64,000 nucleotides of DNA from Pristiophorus japonicus (lineage: Eukaryota), in contig NC_091996.1 in NCBI RefSeq assembly GCF_044704955.1, positions 21,328,001 through 21,392,000 on the forward strand. Direction: 5' to 3'. The position numbers were made by a program, and so were the translations under genes. Positions 1-12,680 of this stretch are shown piece by piece (within the stretch, counting starts at the first letter, position 1; every line of letters begins with the position of its first letter). The notes beneath the pieces are model-generated. The model did not search any database. It worked only from the letters and a program-made list of their open reading frames with translations, and was not told where the DNA came from.

Positions 1-314
1 CGAAGGCTTCCCAAGCATCACCCTCAACAAATCTCTCAAGAATACCAACGGCAGCCATTACCGCATGAAAGTTCTTGATCCGTTACTCGTCGCCAATTTT
101 TTATGCTCAGAATAAATTCATAGGACTATATCGCAAGCTCAAACTGTTGTGACCTTGGTCTCTTTATTCAGACTCCAGAGTGGGGAAGCAGCATGGTGAA
201 TCACCTTTCATACCTGCTTGCCCCAGGGTGCACAGGTGACCCTTAGGTCTCCCACAGGTGTGCCCCCTAGTGGCGAGTCTTACATTTAGGTAAGGTCTAC
301 ATACATACATAACA
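1..314 (-). mobile_element. 5' end of a Gypsy LTR retrotransposon (5' LTR ~98-314, PBS 86-95, gag start at 58), running off the window start
   Basis: Minus strand reads TGTTATG...AATAAA... (LTR), then TGGCGACGAG (PBS), then ATG at 58 giving MAAVGILERFVEGDAWEAF. This is homologous to the gag N-terminus (VGILEKFSEGDDWEAF) of the element at 58022-62418. Confidence 0.85.
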
Positions 315-905
315 CCTGTGATGATGATTTCCTCATATTTGGGCAGGTGGCATGATTCTGAAAGGGTCCGATCCCAACTTCACATTCATATACTGCTTGA
401 CTTTCCCTAGTTGTCGTCTCTCCTGTGTGCAGGTATTAGTAACTGTGGCGGCCATCTTAACAAACCTGTGTACCCCAGTACTAGCTCTGTTTTAGACTGG
501 GTATAATTTTTGACACTCCCTGCATTACTACTGATACCAGAAGTATGATTTTTCTCCCTGCTCGGCATCAGACCTCCACCTTCTCTGTTGAGAGGACTGG
601 ATCATCCTCGTCATTGTCACTGCTAGATTCCTCCTCATAAGTGCCGACAGACAAGTCTGACACTCTAGCTTTTAAGTCTTTAATCCTTTTCTTGTCCTCT
701 GCTATTCCCCGTCTCTCCTCTCTTCATTGCCTTACCACCTCTCTATCCTTGTTTTCCTGTCATAAATTCCATCATCGCGACAAGCTATTTTGGTATCCTT
801 CAATTTTCCCTGCATCTTAGCTATTGTTTCTGAAGAATTCTGCAGCTGGACTCATAATTGGTACACCTCCAACTGTTGGTTGGCGGCTAATCTGATTTAA
901 AAAGA

Positions 906-2088
906 ATGGGACCTGTGTTATCTCAGCCTGTATTGATGACAACCTGTCTAATAGAGGAACCAGATGTGAGGAAGTTTATTGAGCAGAGTTATAAGGCTCA
1001 TGGAAAGAGATGGCATAATGATGCGGGGAAAGAGACCTTACCCGCAAAGGATCTTCAGGGAGAAGCGCTCATACTTGGATTTGACCGATCAACAGTGTGT
1101 CCGAAGGCTGTGCTTCCAAAAAGAGGCCATCACTGAGATTTGCCAGCTCATTAAGGCAGACCTGCAGCCCGGTAGCACCAATATTACTGCACTCTCTGTC
1201 GAGATGAAGGTGACTGTGGCACTTTCCTTTTATGCATGTGGATCTTTTCAATCATCAGCTGGGGACATATGCGCTATTTCTCAGTGCGCTACTCATCGCT
1301 GCATTCGATAGGTAACTGAAGCACTATATGCACGCCGCATGGAATTTATAAACTTCCCAATGACAAGGGAGGCTCAGAGTGACAGGGCTTTGGGATTTGC
1401 ATGCATTACCGGCTTCCCCAAGGTGCAGGGTGCTATTGACTGTACCCATATTGCCCCGCGAGCACCATTACAGGAGGCAGAGGTGTACCGAAACTGTAAA
1501 GGATTTCACTCCCTCAACGTGCAGCTCGTCTGCGACCATACACAGCGCATAATGGCAGTGAATGACAATTCTCCAGGGAGCATCCGTGATGCGCATATCT
1601 TGTGGGAGAGCACTATGTCTGACCTGTTGAAGTCTGAGCCACAAGGTAAATGCTGGATGCTGGGCGACAAAGGGGTCGGCCTTGACCTCCCTGCGGGACC
1701 TTCACACAGAACTCGAGCAACGATACAATAAAAGCCATATAGCCACACGTAACATAATTGAAAAGACAATTGGTGTGCTGCAGCAAAGCTTTCGATGATT
1801 GGACCACTCGGGAGGCAGGCTGAAATACTGCCCTGAGTAGGTTGCTAAGTTCACAGTGGTATGCTGCATGGTGCATAATTTAGCAATCATGTGGGGACAG
1901 GAATTGTCACAGGGACTGCGGGACCACCTGAGGAGAGAGTGCAGGAGACGGAAGAGGAAGAAGAGGACAATGAGGGGCAGGAAGATGACGAGGAGCTTGC
2001 AGGTAAACCCATGGCATTACCCCAACACCACAGCAGAGGGCACGTGGAGCGTATGCCACTGCAAAATTGTTACATTAACAGCTCATAA
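906..2088 (+). pseudogene. Harbinger (HARBI1-like) DDE transposase, disrupted
   Basis: Motifs GFPKVQGAIDCTH, YRNCKGFHSLNVQLVCD, PGSIRDAHI, WMLGDKG, YNKSHIATRNIIEKTIG, LDHSGG, CCMVHN and an acidic tail. Contains in-frame stops (e.g. 1309-1311) and frameshifts. Confidence 0.92.
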
Positions 2089-2524
2089 ATGAAGGCTTTG
2101 TTTGAATGTGGAAAGCTGCATTTTGGGACCCTCATGACTGTTATCCCAAATGTTTGACACTACTAGAGTGGTTAAATTCAATTCAAAAGTTTATCTAAAA
2201 ATTTTAAAAATATACAACAATTTCAAAACTTTGTGAAAATTAATAACTGTTACAACTTTACTAAAAACTTTAACAAAACTTACAAAACTTTAATACCAAC
2301 TTTAACAAACATTTTATAACTTTAATAACAAACCCTTTATTTTCCCCGCCCACGCCCTCTGCCCCATCCGCGGCCATGTGATACACCACCCTTGGCACTA
2401 TTCCCCCTTTTCTTACTACCGTCCTTCCTTTTCCCAGTGTCCGTGGGCATGGACCTCCCCGGGTTTATACCAAGCCGGCATCCAGCACCGCACCCCAAGT
2501 GCCGTGGCTGTCATTGGGGGGGGA

Positions 2525-3612
2525 GGCTAACAGAAAGCAGAGAGTCGGGATAAATGGGTCCTTTTCGGGTTGGAAATCGGTGGTTAGTGGTATGCCACAG
2601 GGATCGGTGCTGGGACCACAACTGTTTACAATATACATAGATGACCTGGAAGAGGGGACAGAGTGTAGTGTAACAAAATTTGCAGATGACACAAAGATTA
2701 GTGGAGAAGTGGGTTGTGTAGAGGACACAGAGGGGCTGCAAAGAGATTTTGATAGGTTAAGTGAATGGACTGAGATTTGGCAGATGGAATACAATGTCGG
2801 AAAATGTGAGGTCATCCACCTTGGAAAAAATAAACAGTAAAAGGGAATATTATTTGAATGGGGAGAAATTACAACATGCTGCGGTGCAGAGGGACCTGGG
2901 GGTCCTTGTGCATGAATCCCAAAAAGTTAGTTTGCAGGTGCAGCAGGTAATCAGGAAGGCAAATGGAATGTTGGCCTTCATTGCGAGAGAACAAAAGCAG
3001 GGAGGTCTTGCTGCAACTGTACAGGGTATTGGTGAGGCCGCACCTGGAGTACTGCGTACAGTTTTGGTCACCTTACTTAAGGAAGGATATACTAGCTTTG
3101 GAGGGGGTACAAAGACGATTCACTAGGCTGATACCGGAGATGAGGGGGTTACCTTATGATGATAGATTGAGTAGACTGGGTCTTTACTCGTTGGAGTTCA
3201 GAAGGATGAGGGGTGATCTTATAGAAACATTTAAAATAATGAAAGGGATAGACAAGATAGAGGCAGAGAGGTTGTTTCCACTGGTCGGGGAGACTAGAAC
3301 TAGGGGGCACAGCCTCAAAATACGGGGGAGCCAATTTAAAACCGAGTTGAGAAGGAATTTCTTCTCCCAGAGGGTTGTGAATCTGTGGAATTCTCTGCCC
3401 AAGGAAGCAGTTGAGGCTAGCGCATTGAATGTATTCAAATCACAGATAGATAGATTTTTAACCAATAAGGGAATTAAGGGTTATGGGGAGCGGGCAGGTA
3501 AGTGGAGCTGAGTCCACGGCCAGATCATCCATGATCTTGTTGAATGACGGAGCAGACTCGAGGGGCTAGATGGCCTACTCCTGTTCCTAATTCTTATGTT
3601 CTTATGTTATGT
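2525..3612 (+). mobile_element. CR1 LINE, 5'-truncated and young, inserted in the Myb/SANT exon 3
   Basis: RT motifs SGMPQGSVLGP, KFADDTK and VRPHLEYCVQFWSP; stop at 3511; 3' UTR and (TTCTTATG)n tail. Confidence 0.95.
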
Positions 3613-4496
3613 AGGGGTGGAGCGGAGGGGGGGGGTGAGACATTGCAGGCACAATAACTGGGGCCTCAGGAGAAGCTCGCGATGTGGAAGGCGAGGCTTC
3701 AGAGCTGGGAGATGATGTCAGCTCCCCAGCCTCAGGTTCTGTCAACCTGACTACTATGACACGGGGTTGGGTGGGGGGGTTCCGTGCCATGTCCCGATCC
3801 CGTCAATTGTCGCATGGCTTCGACAGCGTCGGCGGTTCGTTCCATCGTGGCGATCATACGCAACCTTTCCTCCAACTGCCGCTCTGATAGAGCCGCGATG
3901 TTTGTGGCTATTGTAGTCATGGCCTTGAGCAGCTCTCGACCTACGTCGACCCTGGCCTGTGACAGGCGCACCATGTCCTGGTACACGCCTACAGCAATCG
4001 ACCTTTCCTGCACCAACCTCCGTCGCTGCGGCAAAGGCACTGCATCACTGGGGGTGCCTTGCTGCGCACAGCTTGGTCCGACAGATTCAGAGGAGCCATG
4101 GGGGAATCCCCTGAATACAGTGGTGGAGGATGTTCCAGCTGTTCCACATGGAGCTGGTGTATCCTCCTCCATCTCCACACCCAGCTCCACCTTCACTGGC
4201 TGCCGGATCAGCAGCTGTTCCTGTTCCTGTTCCCCTTCGTCTTCCTCATCAGGAGAGGGCTGGGTGAAGCCAGAGGTGGAGGCAGTGAGTCTGTCGTCTG
4301 TGTTGCTGTGGTCTGAATCATCCGAGTCTGGAAATGCAAAACAACATTTCAAAAAGCTTGGCACCAGGGGAGGGGTCAGGGTTACATTAGTACATAGTAC
4401 AGTGACTTATCACAGTCTTACTTAAATGTCCACCACTGCTGCAGTACTGCATTACATATCGCAGACAGAATACATGTACGCGTTGCGTTAATGCCC

Positions 4497-4623
4497 CCAA
4501 CATTACAGTACATCACACGAGGCCAACGTTACAGTGCAATAAACTTACATTACATTACATGAGTCCAACATTACAGTACAATAAACTTACATTACATTAC
4601 ACCAGGCCAACATTACAGTTACA
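4497..4623. repeat. Degenerate tandem repeat (CCAACATTACAGT.../TTACA units) in Myb/SANT intron 2
   Basis: Repeated ccaacattacagt and aataaacttacattacattac units. Confidence 0.7.
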
Positions 4624-4948
4624 GCTGGATTGCATGACATGAGAGGACTGCAACACAGACTGCATTTTATTCAACTTACCATCTTGTGTGAGTGGGTCGG
4701 CTCCAATGCCGGTGGTGGTACAGTTGCTATCCCCAACCAGGAACAGGGCACGGATCTTGATATCTGTAAGCGGCTCCTGGGTTGTGGGACCACCCCCCAT
4801 GCGACGCTGATCGGCTGCTATTGCAGTTGTCTTCTTCTGCAGAAAGGAAAGTAAATCAAAGTAAAAATCTTCAATCCATTTAACATGGCACACACACCCA
4901 GAAACAGACACCCAGACACACACACCCAGATACACACACCCAGACACA

Positions 4949-5448
4949 NNNNNNNNNNNNNNNNNNNNNNNNNNNNNNNNNNNNNNNNNNNNNNNNNNNN
5001 NNNNNNNNNNNNNNNNNNNNNNNNNNNNNNNNNNNNNNNNNNNNNNNNNNNNNNNNNNNNNNNNNNNNNNNNNNNNNNNNNNNNNNNNNNNNNNNNNNNN
5101 NNNNNNNNNNNNNNNNNNNNNNNNNNNNNNNNNNNNNNNNNNNNNNNNNNNNNNNNNNNNNNNNGGCACCCANNNNNNNNNNNNNNNNNNNNNNNNNNNN
5201 NNNNNNNNNNNNNNNNNNNNNNNNNNNNNNNNNNNNNNNNNNNNNNNNNNNNNNNNNNNNNNNNNNNNNNNNNNNNNNNNNNNNNNNNNNNNNNNNNNNN
5301 NNNNNNNNNNNNNNNNNNNNNNNNNNNNNNNNNNNNNNNNNNNNNNNNNNNNNNNNNNNNNNNNNNNNNNNNNNNNNNNNNNNNNNNNNNNNNNNNNNNN
5401 NNNNNNNNNNNNNNNNNNNNNNNNNNNNNNNNNNNNNNNNNNNNNNNN
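4949..5448. other. N-run (gap or masked CA-rich repeat) with an 8-bp island at 5165-5172
   Basis: Ns are preceded by (CACACCCAGA)-like repeats at 4889-4948. Confidence 0.9.
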
Positions 5449-6322
5449 CTCTTGTCATTGCCTGAAAAGCACGTATACATCGCCATAACCTTAAGATAAA
5501 TAACATCATCCGTGTGACACTGAACCTATGTTTACATGGTACATAGCACATGGGGGGGAGGAGGGGCATAAATAAAATCATTACTTACTCTTGCTACCTT
5601 CACCAGGTCATTGCACCTCTTACGGCACCTTTCCCTGGTGCTTACCATCGTACTTTTCAAGGACACGGCCTCCCGATCTCATCCCATATTCGGTTGTGCT
5701 CCTTTGGTGGGGTGGGGGGGGGGGCTTTCCACGACCACCCTTGGTTAGCTCGGTGAACCTCCCTGTGATGTGCTCCAGAAGGGCAGGTAACTCCGTCTCA
5801 TCGAAGGCAGGCACCCTCAAACTCCCTTCCTTCTCGATATTCTTCCGTTTGGATGTTTTCTTTAACATTGGCATAATCTTTTTCTGAATATTAATTTTCC
5901 CTTCTTAAATATCTGTTCTTGTGTTGAAACTGAATAATTATTAGTTGCTACCAATTTTTTTCCATTGTGCTATCTATTTTCAAACTCACTGGCCTTTGAC
6001 TTCCTTGCTGCTCCTTCTCACTCTCTCTCTCTCTCTTAACTCACTGCGCATGCGTGGGTGACCCCTGACCCGCGAAATCGTGGGTAAAAGGCTTCTGAAA
6101 AAAATTTGCACATGCACAGTTCCGTGCCGCACTGCCCATCAAACAGAGAGTCAATCTTGATCGACCAATAAGATGCATACTGCCCAATGCAGACCGCCGA
6201 CATAACGCCAACATTTTTTTCACCAATTTTGCCTTCTTCGTTCTCGGCAGTATGAAACGACATACCGCTGGCATACCGCCGAGAAATAGGCGGACCATCG
6301 GTATCGACTAATTTCGACCCCC

Positions 6323-6603
6323 TTATCTTTACAGTTGTCCCCTGTTTAGCCCTCTCCTTCTTGGACTCGGCCTTTATCACATTTCATCATAAGGTCCCTG
6401 TAAGGATCACTGTTGCGCTCCTCAAAAGGTCCTTCCCGAGGGTGCTTTTGGACATAGCTTTCTGCTCACAACATCCACGATAATATTGCTTTTATTATTG
6501 TTCATTTTTACAGCTGTTCTCTGTTTGGCCCTCTCCTTCTTGGACTCGGCCTTTATTGGAGGTGATCAGTCTCCAATTTCCTTACAACAATCTCCCCTTT
6601 TCT
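6323..6603 (-). mobile_element. Putative PPT and LTR start (U3 with a 50-bp direct repeat), cut by the Harbinger end
   Basis: Minus strand AGAAAAGGGGAGA-T-TGTTGT. Direct repeats at 6328-6377 and 6507-6556 differ at 4 positions. Confidence 0.45.
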
Positions 6604-6678
6604 ATGACACCTAGAAGAGATTGAAAACAATATGATTAGTACAGTGGCCCTTCAGCCACTGTCACGTTAAAATACCAT

Positions 6679-8250
6679 GTGCTAAATTTTACACTTTTGT
6701 GCGTATCACCCAAAAATGGGCGTTATTTCCGGCGTGGGCGGTAAAAATGGGTTTTCAGAACGCCGGCTTGTCGCCCAATCTCAAAGCATCTCGTCTCCAT
6801 TTTTGACATTGGGCGTTACCACGAGCGATATGAAGCGGGCGTTAGCGTTAAATCTCGCTGACCTTCTGCCGTAAAGTGTCGCCGTCCTTAGCAACGGCAT
6901 GGCAATGCTCGATTCCCGCGATTCTGGAGGTCAAGGGTCATCATGACATGCGCAGAAGAGGAGACAGAGAGAGAGGGACTGAAGGCGTGTGTGGGTGTGG
7001 TGTGGCTGCTTTTGGAGGAAGGAGGGAGAGTTTAAAGTTTTACAGCAAATCGGGAAACAAAAATTAGCTGTTACCAGCCAGATATTTGCCTGAATTTGGC
7101 CTATAATGGAGGGAGAGGAGGAGGCATCACAGCATGCTGTGGAGACTGACGCTGGAGAGAGCAGTGAGGTGGGAGAGGAGCACATTGGAGGGCGCAAAAG
7201 AGCGAGGAGATTCTCGGACGAGACAAATGCCTCCCTCCTGCAGGAGGTCGAGTTACGCCGGGGTGATTTGACACAGGGAGGGCGTGGGAAGCCCACCCCA
7301 AAGGCTTACCAGAGGATATGGATCGAGATAGCAGAGGTGGTCTCGTCGGCGACCAACGAGGTGCGTGAGGGCAACCAATGCCGCAAACGATGGAACGACC
7401 TTGTGGGATCCGCAAGAGTAAGAATCACATTGATTTACATGTGGTTATGTATTTATATAATTTGATTTGTAAGAGTCATCAGTGACTATCAGCAGATGTG
7501 AGGTCTTTCACTTTTACCGGGAATGTTTTACTCAAAGCCTGCGGTCACGGTGCACATCTTTAGGTAAAGAATGATAATTATCATAATAAGCATGATTACA
7601 CCTGTCGGTTATGTGTTGTATCAGTCTCTGTGACAGTACCTAGCAATGATATCACACAATGATCTCATGCCATGTCACCTTTTACAGAAGAAGCTATCGA
7701 CCATGAGGTCCGTGCAGTGGGGGGGGGGGGGGGGGGGGGGGTGGCACCAGTCCCCAACGACATCAGAGAGACGGAGGAGCGGGTGCTCGCACTCGTGGGG
7801 AGCACACCCAGACAGCCACGGAAGCATCTGCAGACCCTGAAGTGATACTACGTGAGTAAAGCTTACACCATTGTGTGCTGTGGAGTCAATAGATGCCACA
7901 CCCACTCATATCCGAACAATCATATATGATAGATGATTTCTAAAATTGTCCCAGAAATAATGCTGGCCTAATGAAAATCATTACAATGCAAATGTGTTGA
8001 TGGTCATGAAATGTGATGCCTGTGATGATTTTGATAGCGGTGGTGGTTTTGTCATGCATATGCTCTGTGTAGCGCTGGACTCACCTTGTGGCCCTAGCAC
8101 CCCCTTCTCCTCTAATAACCTCATTTGTGTTTTGCAGCTCAGCCAGCAGCGCGGCTCCAGGCAAGACCACAGAGGCCAGAAGGTGGGGGCACGGGGTCCG
8201 ACTCTCCGGACGATCATGCATCTGCTGAGGAGTTCCGATTCCGTTTGACC
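6679..8250 (+). mobile_element. Second Harbinger element, Myb/SANT half only
   Basis: TIR-like GTGCTAAATTTT start and CpG-rich subterminal region, then a spliced Myb/SANT gene. The sequence breaks off at about 8250. Confidence 0.75.
7106..8248 (+). pseudogene. Harbinger Myb/SANT gene 2: exon 1 7106-7417, exon 2 7688-7851, exon 3 from 8138 (truncated)
   Basis: Exon 1 is open: RKRARRFSDETNASLLQEVE...GGRGKP...IWIEIAEVVSS...RQCRKRWNDL-type motif (REGNQCRKRWNDLVGSAR). Donors GTAAGA/GTGAGT, acceptors TTTACAG/TTTGCAG. Exon 2 has a poly-G expansion. Confidence 0.85.
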
Positions 8251-8721
8251 AGGAGTAACTGAGTTTTTAAATGATGTACTAAGTCATAATTACTGCTGAA
8301 CAACCTCTCTGGCCCTAAAAAAACCTAATTTTACAAGTTGGAATGTCATTCCCTCAGAAGAACATTTAAAAATTGCATGATTTTTAAAGTCATAAAAATT
8401 AATTTTTTTTAAACTTTGTTTATGATATTACAGCTTCTCCCTTAATCCCATGTGTATGTCCCAATCTTTGTTTTGCTTTCTGTACAATGAAGACAATATG
8501 AATTATAATCCCTGCTTTTTACTTCCTGCTTTGCTGTCTTTGAGAATTCTTGAATCTGATTGGCTGATCAGCCTGCACTGTTCCTGAATGCCATAGATCC
8601 TCTATAGCTGGCATCAGATTCAAAGTCATGTCATAATAGCGGCTACTAAATCTTTGTGGGCAGCTTTTTTCGAGGTCAGCAGCAACCACCGTCCCTTCGC
8701 CACTGACTGCAATATCCCGCC
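8251..8721. mobile_element. Probable end of a non-autonomous DNA transposon (Harbinger-like)
   Basis: Ends in GCAATATCCCGCC, resembling the GGGC..AAATT-type termini seen elsewhere in the window. Confidence 0.3.
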
Positions 8722-10320
8722 GATAAAATGCCACTCATTAATAGTAATCTACAGAATTAAAAAATTTGAAATGGCATCAAATGTAATTTAAAGCTCCATT
8801 TTCTCCATAATGGATGAATCAACCTTTGACACTTCAATGGGCTATGGCCAAAAATTGTTTAGATAATTTGTGGAAAAAATATTTTGTCTCCCTTGTTTCA
8901 GTGATTTTTTTTATACACTAATTTTGATTTTTTTTTTTCTGTTCTTACTCAGATTTGCACTACGCAGTGTGATCTTAAATTGATCTATTCTTCCAAAATA
9001 TTGCACTGATGATTCATCAAACTGCTTGTACATCACCTTTATGATTTTATCAGTATAGTGCAGCTACTTTTAATATTAATCCATTCCTTCACCTATTTTT
9101 AAAAATCTGTCTCTCTAGCTCTCTATATTACTATTAGATTTTCTAATCTAATAGAATTAGATTTTATTAATATGTAAAGTATCTTACAATATTTTGGCAA
9201 ATTTAATGGAATTGTACTTCAGGGAGAATACAACTTTTAAAAATAAATAATTCTACACTTGGACACACTACAGACTGTTTTATGTTTAATGGAAACATGC
9301 TGAATGATTGCTTGTCAAAAAATTCTCCCTCTTAGATCTCTGGTTGTTTCATTTATTATTTTCTTCTCTTTGGTTAATTGGTTCTGCAACCCGATTTGTG
9401 TTGTGTGCAACAAATGCTTTCCTGCTCCAGGGTAAGTTTTTCCCTCATTTAATTGGGGTGTGTGTGTGTGTGTGAATAAATAAATTGCAGTTGAAACATA
9501 GTGGGCAAATTATGGAGCTGCCAAATATTTTCCTTTTTTAAAGAATGGGAAGTTTGCTATTAATACCATACGTGTAATTTAGCTAATAATTCTCACCTGG
9601 AATCTACTTACTGGTGCTCAACTGTAACAATCAAGGAAAGATTACTTCTGTTGCAACGTGAATCAGTGTATTAGCAGAAAACCAAATCAAAAAGGAATGT
9701 CAAATTACCTGAAAAAACAAATGTAAAAAGCATTTAGCAACCCTGCAAATGCAAATCTTAATTTTTGATGAGTAAAATCTCAATAATTTATAATTTTTCT
9801 GGAAGTTAGGTCTTCATTTTGCTTCTTTAAACCAAGTATTCCCTTTGTGCGATGCAGTACAGTAAATCTACAGACTATACAGAGCCATGAGGACGCTGTA
9901 AATTCTCACTAAGAATGCACCAGATGAAGTAAAATAACTGGCATCCTCCAGGGTGTCAGGTTACTAGCTGGATTTCTTCATTACACGCCACTGTGTAGTT
10001 CACAACACTTGGCAGCGAATATTGTTTGCAAGTAACTGTTGAAGCATCAAACAAAATAAGGTTGAGCTCCAGGTCTAACATTTCTCCATGGGTTTGCAAC
10101 AGAACAGTACTCCCTGACACTATATCGGGATGTCAGTTTGAGGTATGCGTTCTCGACTCACAAATGATGCTTAATCCCCATTCATAGACAATCGACTTTA
10201 AATTTGAAACAACTGGCACTTTGTGAGCAATCTAATAAATAGTTGTGTTGCCATAAACCTAACTCTATAAACTATCTATAAAATGCTTTTTAACGATGTA
10301 AAGCACTGCAAAATTAAAAA

Positions 10321-10597
10321 AAGGAAAGACTTGCATTTATATAGCGCCTTTCACGACCTCAGGGTGTCCCAAAACGCTTTACAGCCAATAATGTACTTTT
10401 TGAAGTGAAGTCACTGTTGTAATGTGGGAAACATGGCAGCCAATTTGCGCACAGCAAGCTCCCACAAATAGCAATGTGATAATGAACAGATAACCTGTTT
10501 TCGATATGTGGATTGAGGGATAAATATTGGCCAGAACACCAGGGATAACTCCCCGGCTCTTCTTTGAAATAGTGACATGGGATATTTAACATCCACA
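10321..10597 (-). mobile_element. Deu-domain SINE (SacSINE1/AmnSINE-like), 3' part
   Basis: Matches the 3' half of the SINE at 36770-37222; tail GGCGCTATATAAATGCAAGTC. Confidence 0.85.
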
Positions 10598-12045
10598 TTT
10601 ATTCCAAGATGATACTTCATATTTATTATAGGTGATAGTGCTGTTGAAATTTATATAGTATATTGCAATTGTAGGAAAAAAAATAAGCAGACACAAATAA
10701 TTGTATTTGGATTTGACATTACTGTGAATGACTGTAGTTGGTAAAAATGTGCCCAGAGTAACACTATATAGTTAGAAGAAAACTCAATAATAACTGCTAT
10801 TTTCCCCAAAGCAGTGCCCATTGTAACAAAACGTGAATAGAAAGTTTTAGTGCAAAAAATCAAGAAGCTAGGCATTGCATTTAAAATTTAGATGCCTTGT
10901 AATACTCTGCTGATTGTTTTGAGGAAGAAGCTGAAGATGGTTGGGCCGAGGAAGCTATCCCGAGCAACTCCTGAGTAATGTTCTGGGTTGCAATGATAAG
11001 CTTTGAACAACCACAACCACCTCCCTTTGTGTTCAGTATGACTTCAGCCACTGGAGGGTTTCCCTGCAACCCTCAAAACTTTTCCGTTTTGGTTAAGCTC
11101 CCTGGTGTCATAATTGGTTGAATGACTCTGAGATGAGGAAGAGAATAACTTGTAAAATATAGATTAAAGATTACAAAATTACATTTACAAAAATCCCCAC
11201 CCATGATGTATAAACAGAATAAATCACAGATAATGATGAAATACACAGTTTGTCGACTCATGGGTGAGGCTGTTGGCTCTATTAGCTGATACGGTTCTTT
11301 CCAGCTGTGACCTTGGCTGTCACCTGTGCATCTGTTTACAGTTTTATTCATGATTTAATTTGCAAATGTTTTTATTGTACTTTATTCAAAAGACTGATTC
11401 ATTTTTAAGAAGCGGTAGCAACACAATCTAAAACGTATTTATAAAGAAATTATGGTTCATTATCTCAATGCAGCAGGAATAAATGTATAATGCTACAGGC
11501 AAAGAATACCTTGAAATTCATCGGAAGCTATTTTGCAAAGAAATTGTAATGCCTTTGACGAATTATTTAAAAAGCTCCAAAAATAAAAATTTCAGTTAAA
11601 AGGGATTTAGGAGACAGATAATGAACCAAGTGCTTTCAGCTGGAGTAAAATCACCAGGGATACCCTATTGACAGAGGAAGCTTGTGAATATTCATGAAAT
11701 TGATCTGTAATAGCTTCCCATTTTCCATAATCACCGTTAAAACTTATTCTGACAGAATGGTGTGTCAATGTGCCTCTTGTGTTTGAAAGGCTTCAACCTC
11801 CAGGTGTTACTAGTTACTGATACGAGGGGGATTTATTTTATCCTTTATTTTAGTGTTCTCAGAGGGCAGGACATTTTGTTTTAACCGTCTGCTCCCTTAA
11901 GACTCTGTAGATGGTGCTATTGTGCAGCATAATCATCATTCAATTAACTAACTCTGACAAAGGACCGTACAACTGCAGCAAAAACGGTGAAGTTAAACTT
12001 AACGGTTATGATGAGATTTAAATCTACAAAGTCACTATTTACAAG

Positions 12046-12324
12046 TGTAATGTATTTGCTTCATGGGTTCTTTGCTTAAGAAATCATAGCAACACATTGC
12101 TATTAAGAACTAGTTGGTTTATTAGCAAAAGGTTTAACAATCACACTACACATTACCAGTTCATCCACTAGGCTCACAACCACCTGCCTCATCGTAGATC
12201 CCCCAAACCCAATTGGCTGGGGTTTTATTCAGTCTTGATGCGAACATCACATGACTGGCTAAGCCACTCCCAACTCAACAGCTCTACAAACCTGTGAGCA
12301 TACTCACAGGGATTATACATTACA
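12046..12324 (-). mobile_element. Solo LTR
   Basis: Perfect 9-bp terminal inverted repeat TGTAATGTA...TACATTACA. Flanks ACAAG/AAAAG match 4 of 5 as a TSD. AATAAA lies on the minus strand. Confidence 0.75.
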
Positions 12325-12329
12325 AAAAG

Positions 12330-12680
12330 TGAATTATGGAATGTTTTGCATGGTGCTCTTTTACATAGTGGCACTAAAAGGTGAGATATCTGTGAGAGTG
12401 ACTGAAGGTACAGGCCGAAGGGAAGCTTTTGGGTACACTGTGTACGTGGTGAGATGGGGCAGCAAGATGAAGAGCATTCTATTGTGTAGGAACATGGTGG
12501 CTGAAAGAAATGGGGCAGGGGATGGTGGGACCTACAGTACGTCCGAGTAACAAAGAGAGGATGTGTGTTGGGATGTAGGGCTGGAGAAGATTGCCAAACA
12601 AGGTAGAGTGAGGCCATGGAAAGATTTGAGGGTGAGGATTTTAAAATCAATACGGTAGCAGCATATCGATAAGGACAACA
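12330..12680 (-). mobile_element. Old L2 LINE 3' fragment
   Basis: Minus strand reads ...ILKSSPSNLSMASLYL..., resembling degenerate L2 C-terminal/3' sequence. Confidence 0.45.

Larger units (their letters stand above)
2337..5874 (-). pseudogene. Harbinger Myb/SANT DNA-binding gene: exon 1 5874-5589, exon 2 4836-4680, exon 3 4327-2337 (split by CR1)
   Basis: Exon 1 reads F.E.EL..LL...GGRGKP...IWDEI.EAVS...RCRKRCNDLVKVAR with frameshifts. Both donors are GTAAGT and acceptors are CTGCAG/TTCCAG. Phases 0 and 1 join in frame with ORF 3732-4364. Confidence 0.82.
906..6322. mobile_element. PIF/Harbinger DNA transposon with convergent transposase and Myb/SANT genes; left end lost
   Basis: HARBI1-type transposase (+) faces a spliced Myb/SANT gene (-). 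The right end reads GGGGGTCGAAATT on the minus strand (to 6322) and is followed by TTA. No matching left TIR was found. Confidence 0.85.

Noticed and set aside
906-2088. Host HARBI1 gene
   Set aside because: Stops, frameshifts and the Myb partner plus TIR show it is a transposon copy.
3784-4425. 213-aa + strand ORF
   Set aside because: It is the antisense shadow of Myb/SANT exon 3.
4597-5581. ORFs spanning the N-run
   Set aside because: They are artefacts of translating Ns; only 4680-4836 is a real exon.
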